A stretch of 64,000 nucleotides of DNA from Promethearchaeia archaeon (lineage in GTDB: Archaea; Asgardarchaeota; Lokiarchaeia; Sigyniarchaeales; SOKP01): assembly GCA_029856145.1 (NCBI GenBank), contig JAHQWK010000004.1, forward strand, positions 64,001 to 128,000. Reading direction: 5' to 3'. The notes under the pieces were generated by a model. The model was not told the DNA's origin, made no database searches, and was given only the letters and a program-made list of their open reading frames with translations. A program made the position numbers and the translations under genes. Positions 20,380-31,075 of this stretch are shown here, one piece after another. How positions within the stretch are numbered: position 1 is the first letter of the stretch; each line of letters starts with the position of its first letter.

Positions 20380-21144
20380 ATGAAAAAAAAAATAGATGTT
20401 TTAGAATATCTAGATGGTCGACACTATGATAGCAAGGTTAAAAGTAGGAAGAGATACGACGACATCACTTTTTATATAAATAAAGTGATAGATTATGGGG
20501 AACCCGTCCTTGAACTAGCGTGTGGAACAGGAAGGGTTACAATTCCAATAGCAAAAAAAGGGATATCAATAACCGGATTAGATCTTTTAAATACAATGCT
20601 AACAGAAGCAAAAAGAAAATCAAAAGAAACTGGAGTAGAAATTGAATGGATAGAAGCAGATATGACTAATTTTAATCTAAATAAAAAATTTAATCTTATT
20701 CTAATGCCGGGATGTGCATTTAATTGGTTTTTAGATTTAAAAAGCGTCGAAAAATATCTAATCTGTGTAAAAAGGCATCTAAATCCTAATGGTGGTTTAA
20801 TTTTTGATGCATTTAACCCTGACTTAAATCTATTAGTAAGAGATCCATCAAAAACTTACCCCAACGCAAAATATCAAGACCCTGATGGAGGGGGGTTAAT
20901 TATTGTAAGTGAGAATACCAAATATGATAAAGCTACTCAAATCAATAAAGTTAGATTATCGTATTCTATATCAGATAAAACGATCACTAACGAACTAAAA
21001 TTGAGAATATTTTTTCCACAAGAGTTAGATGCTATACTCAAATATAATGGATTTGAAATCAATGCAAAATATGGTGATTTTGATCAAACTCCTTTCATTT
21101 CAGATTCAAGACGTCAGATTCTTGTTTGTCAGGTAAAACAATAA
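20380..21144 (+). CDS. Class I SAM-dependent methyltransferase
   Basis: Motifs VLELACGTGR, GLDL, ADM and HLNPNGG. Confidence 0.9.
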   Translation: MKKKIDVLEYLDGRHYDSKVKSRKRYDDITFYINKVIDYGEPVLELACGTGRVTIPIAKKGISITGLDLLNTMLTEAKRKSKETGVEIEWIEADMTNFNLNKKFNLILMPGCAFNWFLDLKSVEKYLICVKRHLNPNGGLIFDAFNPDLNLLVRDPSKTYPNAKYQDPDGGGLIIVSENTKYDKATQINKVRLSYSISDKTITNELKLRIFFPQELDAILKYNGFEINAKYGDFDQTPFISDSRRQILVCQVKQ

Positions 21145-21159
21145 AAAAGAAATTAAAAA

Positions 21160-21945
21160 CTAATCTTCTTCTTGTTTTTTAAGAAGATATTTGGAGAAGA
21201 TATTCATATAAAGACACTCTTCTGGGGCCATTTCGGGAGTTAATTGAGGGCTTTCTGTAAACTCAACATTACTATTCCTTATTATAACTACTGGAGTTTG
21301 TTGATCAGCTTCACTTAATAGAAATTGAGCAGCACTCGCAAGATCATCTGCTACTGCTCTCATTGTTATCTCCATTGGTCTTTTAAAAAGATCTGGTTGA
21401 CCCCGCAGATCTTCGATGGGCTCAAATCCCGCAGTAGCTATAGCTATTCCAATAGTACCTTTTCTTAGAGGTTGAACTCTTGAATCAGCCATAATCACTC
21501 CAAAATTTTCTATTCCAAACTCTTTTCTTAATTCTTTCCAATAATTCCAAACGACTTCTTTTAGGTTATTTGGCAAGAGAACAACGTTTCCAATACCCGC
21601 ATTAGATTGATCGATTCCAGCATTAGCTATAAGAAAATCATTAACTTTTGCTAATATAACGTGTCTCATTCCTCCAAGAATCATAGAAGCTTCTTGTAAT
21701 ATCAATTCTATATACCTTTCATCCATATCATATTCTTTTGCTAACTTTTTAGCTCGATCCGAGATTTTTTTAATTTCGGACAGACTTATTACTCTTCCTT
21801 GAGACGTAGCAACTACTTTTTCAGCAATAACAATGATATCTCTCTCATTCAAGGATTTTCCTTGATCCTTAATAGTTTGAATAATAATCTCTAATAATGG
21901 ATCATTTTTCTTGATGAGAGGAAGTTTAATCGAAAATAACTCCAT
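21160..21945 (-). CDS. cofE: CofE-family gamma-glutamyl ligase
   Basis: Motifs IAEKVVATSQGR, ANAGIDQSN, ADSRVQPLRKG, DLRGQPDLF and AVADDLASAA. Start moved to MELF at 21945 to remove the overlap with folP. Confidence 0.85.
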   Translation of the reverse strand: MELFSIKLPLIKKNDPLLEIIIQTIKDQGKSLNERDIIVIAEKVVATSQGRVISLSEIKKISDRAKKLAKEYDMDERYIELILQEASMILGGMRHVILAKVNDFLIANAGIDQSNAGIGNVVLLPNNLKEVVWNYWKELRKEFGIENFGVIMADSRVQPLRKGTIGIAIATAGFEPIEDLRGQPDLFKRPMEITMRAVADDLASAAQFLLSEADQQTPVVIIRNSNVEFTESPQLTPEMAPEECLYMNIFSKYLLKKQEED

Positions 21946-21998
21946 AGCACATAATAGAATAATACTTATTTGATATATTTTTTTTTTATAAATAAGCA

Positions 21999-22862
21999 AT
22001 GAAGAAGATTTACACAAATTTATTTGATTTTTTAGAAATTGGTGATGAATTTCCCACTGTTATTATGGGAGTTATAAATCTGAGTCCAGAATCATTTTAT
22101 AAAGGCTCTGTTTATGAAAGTCCTAAAAAGATCAGAGAAGCTGTTTCTGAAATGATAAAAAATGGAGCTCAGATTTTGGATATTGGTGGTCGCTCTACTG
22201 CTCCGTGGTCTGAAAAGATCTCAATAGAAGAAGAAGTAAATCGCTTGAAAATTGCTATGGAAAATGTATGTGAAATCATTTCAGATAATATAATAATATC
22301 TGTGGATACGCAATATCGTAAGGTTGCAGAAGTTGCATTTGAAATAGCTACTAGAGCAAACAGAAAAATTATTATTAATGATGTAAGTTGCTTAAAAACA
22401 GATCCTTCTTTAGCAGATTTTATAACTGAAGAGGATCTTCCAATTATTATTATGGCTTCAAAAAAAGTTCCAGGAGATCTATGTACTATAGATGAAATTA
22501 TTGAGGAGTTTAATAATACTATTAAACATCTGAAAAAGAAAGGTTATGATGAAAATAAAATTATTTTAGACCCAGGAATAGGTCATTGGGTTGAGGAAAA
22601 GACGCATATATATGATTTAAAGATAATCGGGAATCTCCAGAAACTCAAAAAATTAAATAAAGCAATATTGGTAGCTATTTCAAGAAAATCCTTCATCGGC
22701 ACAACATTAAATATCCCCGATCCTGAAGATAGACTCAGCGGAACTCTTTCCGCAACAGCGATAGCAGTTTTTAATGGAGCTCATTTAGTTCGAACTCATG
22801 ATGTGAACAAAAGATTGATAGAAATATTAAAAATGGCTGAAGAAGTTCGAAGAAACAGATAA
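21999..22862 (+). CDS. folP: Dihydropteroate synthase
   Basis: Motifs IMGVINLSPESF, LDIGGRST, SVDT, INDVS, LDPGIG, ISRKSFIG and VRTHDV. Confidence 0.92.
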   Translation: MKKIYTNLFDFLEIGDEFPTVIMGVINLSPESFYKGSVYESPKKIREAVSEMIKNGAQILDIGGRSTAPWSEKISIEEEVNRLKIAMENVCEIISDNIIISVDTQYRKVAEVAFEIATRANRKIIINDVSCLKTDPSLADFITEEDLPIIIMASKKVPGDLCTIDEIIEEFNNTIKHLKKKGYDENKIILDPGIGHWVEEKTHIYDLKIIGNLQKLKKLNKAILVAISRKSFIGTTLNIPDPEDRLSGTLSATAIAVFNGAHLVRTHDVNKRLIEILKMAEEVRRNR

Positions 22863-23148
22863 AAGTCGATTTTTTTGTATAAAAATTAGTATTAAAATTA
22901 GAGCCGATAAATTTAAAAAGAAAAAGAATTTGGATGTAATTCAAGAATCCGTTCATTTAATATACTAGTTCTTTCAAATAATCTAATTAAAATAAGAGTT
23001 TCCATTTTTGAAGGTCGAAAAAGTGGTGAAAAAGTCCACATATATTTAAATGTGTTAATTTCCTTCTTATATATGTATATCGATAAAATATCATGGTATT
23101 TTGAATATTTTTATGATAACAAACTAAAATATAAAAGCTTGTTCTCTC

Positions 23149-25173
23149 ATGGTTGATAACCCCTCTAATCAAGATTCTTATGATGCTGACGATATTAAGG
23201 TTTTGAAAGGTCTCGAAGGAGTAAGGAAGAGACCCGCAATGTACATAGGCTCAACCGGCAAAACAGGACTTCATCACCTTATTTTCGAAGTCTTAGATAA
23301 TTCTGTTGACGAAGCGATAGGAGGTTATGCAGATGAGATAAAAGTTACACTTTATAAAGATAACACAGTTCAAGTATTCGATAATGGACGCGGGATTCCA
23401 ATTGATATACACCCAGAATTTAAGAAACCTGCTGTAGAAGTAATCATGGAACATTTACATTCTGGTGGTAAGTTTGACAGTAAAAGTTATAAAATTTCAG
23501 GTGGTTTACATGGTGTTGGATTATCCGTTGTTAATGCTTTAGCAGATTGGATGAAAGTAGAAATTTGTCGAGACGGGAAAAACTACACACAGAAATTTTC
23601 AAAGGGGAAAAAAGCTTCAGAGCCAACAGTAGTAGAATCTAACACAAAGGAGTCATATACTAAGATACAATTTTACCCAGATAAAGAGATTTTTGAATTT
23701 GAGACAGAAGCTCCTATTTTTAATGCCCATACCATTAGTAATAGAATGCGTGAACTAGCCTTTCTTACACCTCATACTAGGTTTGAACTTCATGACAAAT
23801 TCAACGATGAAAAGGAAGAATTTCACTATGAAGGTGGCCTTAAAGAATTTATCTCGTATTTGAATAAAGATAGGCAGCCACTTCACAATGATATCATATT
23901 TATAAGTGATTCAAGTAAAGATCCGGATGGAAAAGATGTTTTTCTGGACCTCTCAATGCAATATACTCAAGGATACCAAACAAATATTTTAACATATGCA
24001 AATACGATCAACACTATTGAAGGCGGAGTACATCTCACTGGATTTAAATCTGCTCTAACAAGAACTTTTAATTCATATGTAGAAAATTTTATGGAAAAAA
24101 AGTATAAAGGACACGTTTTAAGTGGAGCTGATACAAGAGAAGGCTTATCAGCTGTCATCTCCGTTAAACTTCCTGATCCTCAATTTGAAAGTCAAACTAA
24201 AATTAAGTTAGGTAATCCTGAAATTAGACAGATTATAAGCCAAATTGTCACTGATCGATTGAATCAGTATTTAGAGGAGCATCCACAGACCGCTAAAAAA
24301 ATTATATTAAAAACAATCAATGCAAAAATAGCGAGAGAAGCAGCTCAAAAAGCAAGGTCGCTAATTCGAAGGAAATCAATATTAGATAGTGCTAGGATGC
24401 CTGGAAAACTAGCCGATTGTTCATCAAATGAACCAGAAAAAGTAGAAATTTTCATTGTGGAAGGTGATTCAGCAGGGGGACCTGCAAAACAAGGTAGAGA
24501 TAGAACTTATCAAGCGATCCTTCCCATTAGAGGCAAAATTCTCAATGTTGAAAAAGCTAGAATAGATAAAGTATTACAAAACAACGAAATTCAAGCTATT
24601 ATAAAAGCTTTGGGAGTCGGATTTCAAGATTCCAGTCAAATGAATGGAACAAATGGTGAATTAGAAGAAAATGGAGAAGAAACTGAAGAAAACTTCAATT
24701 TAAGTAAACTACGATATCATAAAGTAATAATCATGTGCGATGCAGACATTGACGGTTTTCACATTGAAACGTTATTACTTACTTTCTTTTTTAGATACTT
24801 AAGACCTTTAATAGACGCGGGTCATTTATATATTGCTGTACCTCCTTTATTTAAAGTTTCTTATAAAACGACAAAAGAATATGTGTATTCAGATAATCAG
24901 AAAGAGAATTTACTTAAAAGTATCAAGGAAAAATACAAATTAAAGAATATGGATTCTATTAAAACTCAGCGCTATAAAGGGCTTGGGGAAATGAATGCAG
25001 ATGAACTTTATGATAATACAATGAAAAAAGACTCAAGAAGATTGAAAAAAGTAACATATGAAAACTATCTCGAAAATGATTTAATCTTTACAAAATTAAT
25101 GGGTAAAGAAGTAAAAGCCCGCAAAAAGTTCATTATTAGTAATTTTGATGAAGTTAAAACATTAGATATTTAA
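23149..25173 (+). CDS. gyrB: DNA gyrase subunit B
   Basis: Motifs VRKRPAMYIG, SGGLHGVG, EGDSAGG, PIRGKILN, DADIDG and RYKGLGEM. Confidence 0.98.
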   Translation: MVDNPSNQDSYDADDIKVLKGLEGVRKRPAMYIGSTGKTGLHHLIFEVLDNSVDEAIGGYADEIKVTLYKDNTVQVFDNGRGIPIDIHPEFKKPAVEVIMEHLHSGGKFDSKSYKISGGLHGVGLSVVNALADWMKVEICRDGKNYTQKFSKGKKASEPTVVESNTKESYTKIQFYPDKEIFEFETEAPIFNAHTISNRMRELAFLTPHTRFELHDKFNDEKEEFHYEGGLKEFISYLNKDRQPLHNDIIFISDSSKDPDGKDVFLDLSMQYTQGYQTNILTYANTINTIEGGVHLTGFKSALTRTFNSYVENFMEKKYKGHVLSGADTREGLSAVISVKLPDPQFESQTKIKLGNPEIRQIISQIVTDRLNQYLEEHPQTAKKIILKTINAKIAREAAQKARSLIRRKSILDSARMPGKLADCSSNEPEKVEIFIVEGDSAGGPAKQGRDRTYQAILPIRGKILNVEKARIDKVLQNNEIQAIIKALGVGFQDSSQMNGTNGELEENGEETEENFNLSKLRYHKVIIMCDADIDGFHIETLLLTFFFRYLRPLIDAGHLYIAVPPLFKVSYKTTKEYVYSDNQKENLLKSIKEKYKLKNMDSIKTQRYKGLGEMNADELYDNTMKKDSRRLKKVTYENYLENDLIFTKLMGKEVKARKKFIISNFDEVKTLDI

Positions 25174-25208
25174 TTCTTACCTATTAAATTATAATAATTG
25201 AAATATAA

Positions 25209-27659
25209 ATGGTGTCATATTTGACTTCAGAACAAATAGAAGAAATTTTATTAAAAGATGAAATGCAAAGCAGCTACATCGACTATGCTATGTCTGTGGT
25301 CGTTGGGCGTGCAATCCCGGATGTTAGGGATGGTTTGAAACCTGTACATCGAAGGATCATATATGCTATGGCAGCAAATAATTGGTATTATACAAGTTCT
25401 CATGTTAAATGTGCCAAAATTGTGGGTGAAACTCTCGGTAACTATCACCCTCACGGTGATATGTCTGTTTATAATGCACTTGTTAGAATGGGACAGGATT
25501 TCTCCTTAAGATATCCTTTAATCCATCCACAGGGGAATTTCGGATCTATAGATGGGGATCCTCCAGCAGCCTATAGATATACAGAAGCAAGATTATCTCA
25601 AATCTCAAATGAATTGATTGAAGATCTTGATAAAGAGACTGTAGAGTTTCAACCTAATTTTGATAATAGTACCTCTGAACCATTATGTTTACCAGCAAAA
25701 CTTCCGAATATTTTATTGAATGGTACTAAGGGAATCGCTGTAGGAATGGCAACGTCTATGGCACCACATAATTTAACGGAAGTTTGTAATGGGATAATAG
25801 CAACAATAGATGATCCTGATATTTCAATAGAAGAATTAATGGAAATCATAAAAGGTCCTGATTTTCCAACAGGAGGAATTATTACTGACACAAATGGAAT
25901 CTACAATGCATATCATACTGGAAATGGGGCTATAAATATTAGTGGTAAAATAGAGACTGAAACAACAACAAAAAAGACCAGTTTAATCATTACTGAAATT
26001 CCCTATTTAGTTAATAAAACAGCTTTAATTGAATCTATCGCTAAATTAATAAAGGATGGAGTAATTAAGGATATTAGAGATTTGCGTGATGAATCAGATA
26101 GAAAAGGAATGCGCATTGTATTAGATTTATCTAAAAAAGCTCAACCTGTTATAATAAAGAATATTCTCTTTAAAAGGACTAGACTTCTAACAACATTTAA
26201 TATAACTAATCTAGTTCTGGTTAATGATGGTAAGCAACCAAAAATTCTCAATCTAAAAGAAATTATTATTGAATATATTGAACATCGATTAGTTATCATT
26301 CAAAAAAGAACCGAATATCTCCTAAAAAAGGCAAAAGATCGACTTCATAGAGTTGAAGGTCTTTTAATTGCGTTAAATGATATTGATAATGTAGTGAATA
26401 TAATCAAAAGTTCGAAAGACACTAAAGAAGCTAAAAATAAGTTAAAAGTAACTTATAAATTAAGTGATATTCAAGTTCAATCTATTTTAAGTATGCCTCT
26501 ATCTCGATTAACAAATTTAGAGCAACAAAAGTTAGTAGATGAACAAAAATCGTTACATACTAGTATTGAAGATTATAATAAAATTCTGAAAGAACAACAG
26601 GTTCGTTTAGATATAATTAAAAACGATTTAATCGAATTAAACAAAAAGTACGGAGATGAAAGAAGGACTGAAATTAAAATGGTGGAATATCATGAAATCA
26701 AAGAAATTGAAAAGATAGATTTAGTTAAAAAAGAAACCACCATTGTTATTTTTACTAAAAATCAGTATATCAAAAGAATCTCTTTACAGGAATATCAAGC
26801 TCAAAGACGTGGAGGTCGCGGGAAAAGAGGCATGACTGTTCGCGAAGAAGATTTTATTACAGATTTATTTGTATGTACAACTCATGATACAATTTTGATA
26901 TTTACTTCGAAAGGAAGGGTATATTCGATTAGATGCTTTCAGATACCACTACAAAAACGAACTGCTCGAGGAAAACCAATTATTAACTTTATACCTTTGC
27001 AATCAGGTGAAAATATTTCTGCTATGATACCAATTAATAATTTCAATACTAATGAAATGTTGATTATGACTACAAAAAAGGGAATTATCAAAAAGACTCC
27101 ATTAAAACTATTCTCAAAATTTAGGAGTACAGGAGTAAGGGCTCAAAGAATTAGACCTAATGACGCATTAATAAGCGTTAAAAGACTCTCAAATGAACTT
27201 CAAGATATCTTTATAGCCACCAAATTAGGATATGCTGTTAGGTTTGATGAATCAGAATTAAGAGAATTAGGCCGTAATTCTATGGGAGTAAAAGGAGCAG
27301 AGTTAAGAGAGAATGATGAAGTGATTGATACCCTTCTTGTATCTGATGATAAAATAATATTAACTATCACTCAAAGTGCTTATGGTCAAAGAACATACGT
27401 TAAGGAATATCGTAAAACTGGCAGGGGTGCTAAGGGTGTCAAGAATATCTCATTGAATAAAGCTAAAAATGATGAGGTTATTGCTATTAAAATTGCTAAA
27501 CATATGGATTTATTAATTGGAACTGAACAAGGACAAATGATAAGGGTACCTGTTGATTCAATAAGAATTACACATAGGACTGCTAAAGGTGTTAGAGTTA
27601 TCAAATTATATGAAAAAGATTTCGTTGTAGCAATTGGAAAGTGTAAACAAGAACCTTAA
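25209..27659 (+). CDS. gyrA: DNA gyrase subunit A
   Basis: DGLKPVHRR, YHPHGD, AAYRYTE, GyrA-box QRRGGRG and C-terminal pinwheel repeats. Confidence 0.98.
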   Translation: MVSYLTSEQIEEILLKDEMQSSYIDYAMSVVVGRAIPDVRDGLKPVHRRIIYAMAANNWYYTSSHVKCAKIVGETLGNYHPHGDMSVYNALVRMGQDFSLRYPLIHPQGNFGSIDGDPPAAYRYTEARLSQISNELIEDLDKETVEFQPNFDNSTSEPLCLPAKLPNILLNGTKGIAVGMATSMAPHNLTEVCNGIIATIDDPDISIEELMEIIKGPDFPTGGIITDTNGIYNAYHTGNGAINISGKIETETTTKKTSLIITEIPYLVNKTALIESIAKLIKDGVIKDIRDLRDESDRKGMRIVLDLSKKAQPVIIKNILFKRTRLLTTFNITNLVLVNDGKQPKILNLKEIIIEYIEHRLVIIQKRTEYLLKKAKDRLHRVEGLLIALNDIDNVVNIIKSSKDTKEAKNKLKVTYKLSDIQVQSILSMPLSRLTNLEQQKLVDEQKSLHTSIEDYNKILKEQQVRLDIIKNDLIELNKKYGDERRTEIKMVEYHEIKEIEKIDLVKKETTIVIFTKNQYIKRISLQEYQAQRRGGRGKRGMTVREEDFITDLFVCTTHDTILIFTSKGRVYSIRCFQIPLQKRTARGKPIINFIPLQSGENISAMIPINNFNTNEMLIMTTKKGIIKKTPLKLFSKFRSTGVRAQRIRPNDALISVKRLSNELQDIFIATKLGYAVRFDESELRELGRNSMGVKGAELRENDEVIDTLLVSDDKIILTITQSAYGQRTYVKEYRKTGRGAKGVKNISLNKAKNDEVIAIKIAKHMDLLIGTEQGQMIRVPVDSIRITHRTAKGVRVIKLYEKDFVVAIGKCKQEP

Positions 27660-27664
27660 TAAAT

Positions 27665-28030
27665 TCAATTCTTATTCTTAAGATATGGAATAAGACACAG
27701 AAAAATAAGACTACCTTTTCCAATATTATCTATCCCATGCTTTTCATTAGGTGGAATATAGATAAAATCTCCTTCACTTGTAATTTCAACTTTTCCTTTA
27801 TCATTATAAAATTTTCCGTTTCCCTCTAATATATAAATTTCATGCTCTTCGGGATGATTATGGAGGGGAACACCTAAATCCCCTGGTTTAACTTCAATTC
27901 GTCTCATTGCGAAATTCTTAGCACCTATATTTTCATCAATTAGCCATCTAATGTAAATCCCATCTACTTTTGTACCATCAGTTAGTACCGCTTCCTTTTC
28001 TTCTACATCCTTATAATTCTTTTTTAACAT
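27665..28030 (-). CDS. Cupin domain protein
   Basis: HNHPEEHEIYILEG and PPNEKHG metal-binding motifs. Confidence 0.9.
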   Translation of the reverse strand: MLKKNYKDVEEKEAVLTDGTKVDGIYIRWLIDENIGAKNFAMRRIEVKPGDLGVPLHNHPEEHEIYILEGNGKFYNDKGKVEITSEGDFIYIPPNEKHGIDNIGKGSLIFLCLIPYLKNKN

Positions 28031-28164
28031 AAATAAATTAAATTTCTTACAATATTAAAAGTATAGCTTGTCGTTTTTTATATGAAAGTTTTATATAGAA
28101 AAGAAAATTAATTTCTTTTATTAAATTATAAGCGAATTTCACTCAATTTTGGACGGTCAATAAA

Positions 28165-29535
28165 ATGGACCTTAAAGAAATTTTAGATCAGATCCCAGAA
28201 TATCAAGAATTCATGACTATTGCTGAACTGGATGCTTCTAGTAAGAATTTAGCAAGGGAATTTGAAAATGTTGAACTGAAAGAAATTGGAAAATCACGAG
28301 AGAGCCGAACAATTTATTGTCTAAAAATCGGAGCAGGAGAAAAAAATGCGCTTCTCTTTGCATTTCCACATCCTAATGAACCAATAGGCAGTATGAGTTT
28401 AGAGTTTTTATCATGTTTTTTAGCAAAGAATCCTGATTTTACAAAAGAAACAGGGTATACCTGGTATTTAATCAAAGCAATCGACATCGATGGTGCGATT
28501 CTTAATGAAGGATGGTTTAAAGGAGAATACAATCCATTAAAATATGCTAAGAATTATTATAGACCTGCGACCTTCGAACAAGTTGAATGGACATTTCCAG
28601 TTAAATACAAAAAACTTAGCTTTAACTCCCCCTTACCAGAAACGAGAGTCTTAATGGAATTATTGAATAATTTAAAGCCTAAATTTATGTACAGTCTTCA
28701 CAATTCTAGTTTTGGCGGAGTTTACTTCTTAATATCACACGAAAAAGGAAATTTGTATATCGATTTAGTTAATTTTGTTACCAGAGAAAATTTACCTTTG
28801 CATTTAGGAGAACCTGAATTATCCTCTATGAAAAAATTACATGATGGGATCTTTCAATCAACTGGAATTCAAGAGTTATATGATTCTTTAGAAGCTGAAG
28901 GTATAGAAAATCCTCAACAGGTCCTTAAGATGGGAACAAGTTCGTTTGATTACCTTAAAAATTTTACAGACGAAGAACATTTTTCTTTCACTTGTGAAAT
29001 TCCTTATTTCTATGATAACCGTATAGGAGATAGATCTCTAACTGAATTAGAAAGGAAAGATCTGCGTTTAGAATCATTAGAATACATAAAAAAAATTTAT
29101 ATACATTCAAAGAAGATATTTAGATCAATAAGAAAATATTGTAATAAGAATACACGAATTTATACAGTTGTAGAGAATTACCTTTGGAGAAGAGGATCAG
29201 CACTTAACCTTCAAATTCATGAAGCAAAAACCTCCTCTTATTATGATGGGAAAGCCACAGTAGCTCAAACATTTGACTTAAATGTATCAAAAAGGTGGTA
29301 TGATTTGCTGTATTGTTCAATGATTTCGAGATTATGCAATGAAGCAATTTCGAATCATCCAGAAAATGAAGTGGAACTTACTATAGTTAAAAAGAACTTC
29401 GAGAGCTGGATTGAACAAAATATTAAAGAATTATTAAGTAAAACTAAATTTGAGGTTATTCCCATCCAAAAATTAGTCCGCATTCAAATCGGAAGTGCAT
29501 TTATTACTTTAGAAAACTTATCACTGAATAAATAG
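28165..29535 (+). CDS. M14 zinc carboxypeptidase-like protein
   Basis: HPNEPIG (HxxE), DIDGA and SLHNS motifs. Confidence 0.85.
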   Translation: MDLKEILDQIPEYQEFMTIAELDASSKNLAREFENVELKEIGKSRESRTIYCLKIGAGEKNALLFAFPHPNEPIGSMSLEFLSCFLAKNPDFTKETGYTWYLIKAIDIDGAILNEGWFKGEYNPLKYAKNYYRPATFEQVEWTFPVKYKKLSFNSPLPETRVLMELLNNLKPKFMYSLHNSSFGGVYFLISHEKGNLYIDLVNFVTRENLPLHLGEPELSSMKKLHDGIFQSTGIQELYDSLEAEGIENPQQVLKMGTSSFDYLKNFTDEEHFSFTCEIPYFYDNRIGDRSLTELERKDLRLESLEYIKKIYIHSKKIFRSIRKYCNKNTRIYTVVENYLWRRGSALNLQIHEAKTSSYYDGKATVAQTFDLNVSKRWYDLLYCSMISRLCNEAISNHPENEVELTIVKKNFESWIEQNIKELLSKTKFEVIPIQKLVRIQIGSAFITLENLSLNK

Positions 29536-29585
29536 TAAAGATTATTACTTAGATGATTAAATAATTAGATATTAATAAATCAATA

Positions 29586-30530
29586 ATGTTTAATAAAAAA
29601 ATGGCTTTAAAAAAAATAGGGTTAGATCACTCCCATAATAATAAACTAACCATTGAAAATAATGCGTTCACTGATTTTATTCAATATTTCTTTGATTCAG
29701 ACTTTAAATTGGGAAAAATTGAAGCAGGGGTAACACATGATAAGCTAAAGAAGTATGATCTTTTTATAATCGGAGTTCCTCATTTAGGGCCAGATTTAGA
29801 TTCAGATGAAATTGAGGATTTAGTTAGATATGTTAAGGATGGGGGAAGCCTCCTTATAATAAATGATGGAGGTGGCGACTATGAAAATAAGAATAACCTA
29901 TCTGAATTAACCAAGAATTTTGGGTTCCAATTTAATTCTGATAAATTATTTGATAATAAAGATTTCTCAAAAGACAATTCCCATCCAATTATCAAGGATT
30001 TTAAAAGTCACTTTATTACAAGAGACATTTCAAAAATTATTCATTCTAATGGTTGTACTTTAACAGTAGATAAATCTATCGAAAATGATAAAATTGATGT
30101 TAACAGTATAGCATTTTCATCTGAAAATACTTCATGGCATACCTATTTTAATGGAGAAGAGTGGCAGGATAAATCAGAACAGCACCTTCCAATCATAGGT
30201 GCTATACATTATGAATTAGGAAAAGTTGTCGTCATTGGTAATCTCTCTATATTTTCAAGTTTAAGTAAATCTTATGGTATAAGGTCTGCTGAAAATTTTA
30301 AACTAGTTACAAATATAATTTCCTGGCTATTAAATAAGGTTGGTTCAGAAGAGGAACAATCATTAAAACCAATTTTTACATCTATTGCTATTGAGCAAGA
30401 TCTATTTTATTGGATACAAGAAATATTGAAAAAAGGAAAATGGAAAAATCTGAATGACCTTATTAATTTTGCCTTAAAAGTGACTAAGATTAGATTGAAA
30501 GAAGCTGAAAAGGATGATCAAGACCAATAA
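29586..30530 (+). CDS. GIFT/DUF4350 (IFT52-N-like) domain with C-terminal ribbon-helix-helix-like segment
   Basis: IGLDHSHN, YDLFIIGVP, EIEDLVRYVKDGGSLLII..GG, HFIT and GKVVVIGN motifs. Tail IAIEQDLFYWI...WKNLNDLINFAL. Confidence 0.7.
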   Translation: MFNKKMALKKIGLDHSHNNKLTIENNAFTDFIQYFFDSDFKLGKIEAGVTHDKLKKYDLFIIGVPHLGPDLDSDEIEDLVRYVKDGGSLLIINDGGGDYENKNNLSELTKNFGFQFNSDKLFDNKDFSKDNSHPIIKDFKSHFITRDISKIIHSNGCTLTVDKSIENDKIDVNSIAFSSENTSWHTYFNGEEWQDKSEQHLPIIGAIHYELGKVVVIGNLSIFSSLSKSYGIRSAENFKLVTNIISWLLNKVGSEEEQSLKPIFTSIAIEQDLFYWIQEILKKGKWKNLNDLINFALKVTKIRLKEAEKDDQDQ

Positions 30531-31044
30531 AGAAGAATTATTAATTGGGCTTATCGGAGATACTCATATTCCATCACGAGGACCAAACATCCCACAAATC
30601 ATAATAAATGAATTTCAAGAAAAGAAAATTGATTATCTATTTCATGTGGGAGATTTTACAAGCTATAAAGTATATGAAAAACTTCAAAACATTTTTGGAC
30701 AGGAGAAGGTTATTGGAATTGTTGGGAATATGGATGACTCAAAAATTTCTAAAAAATTACCAAATAAAATAGAATTAGATTTATACGGACATAAAATCTT
30801 TATAACACATGGAGCCGGTGGACCGGACGATATTATTGAACGCTTAAACAGAAGATTTGATTTATCCAAATATGATATCATAATTTTTGGCCATGTTCAC
30901 AAGCCTTTCAATGAAAAATGGAGAGATGGAAAGTTATATATTAGCCCAGGCACGCCTACCGACAAAAGATTTACTGATATTAACTCTTATGGATACCTAA
31001 AAATATCTCAAGATAAAGTAGAGCCGAAAATTATTTTTTTATAA
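30514..31044 (+). CDS. YfcE/MJ0936/Vps29-family metallophosphoesterase
   Basis: Motifs IGDTHIPSR, HVGDF, GNMD, THG, FGHVH and SPG. Confidence 0.9.
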   Translation: MIKTNKEELLIGLIGDTHIPSRGPNIPQIIINEFQEKKIDYLFHVGDFTSYKVYEKLQNIFGQEKVIGIVGNMDDSKISKKLPNKIELDLYGHKIFITHGAGGPDDIIERLNRRFDLSKYDIIIFGHVHKPFNEKWRDGKLYISPGTPTDKRFTDINSYGYLKISQDKVEPKIIFL

Positions 31045-31075
31045 CTGAAAAATTATTTAAAAGTCTTATTAAAGT

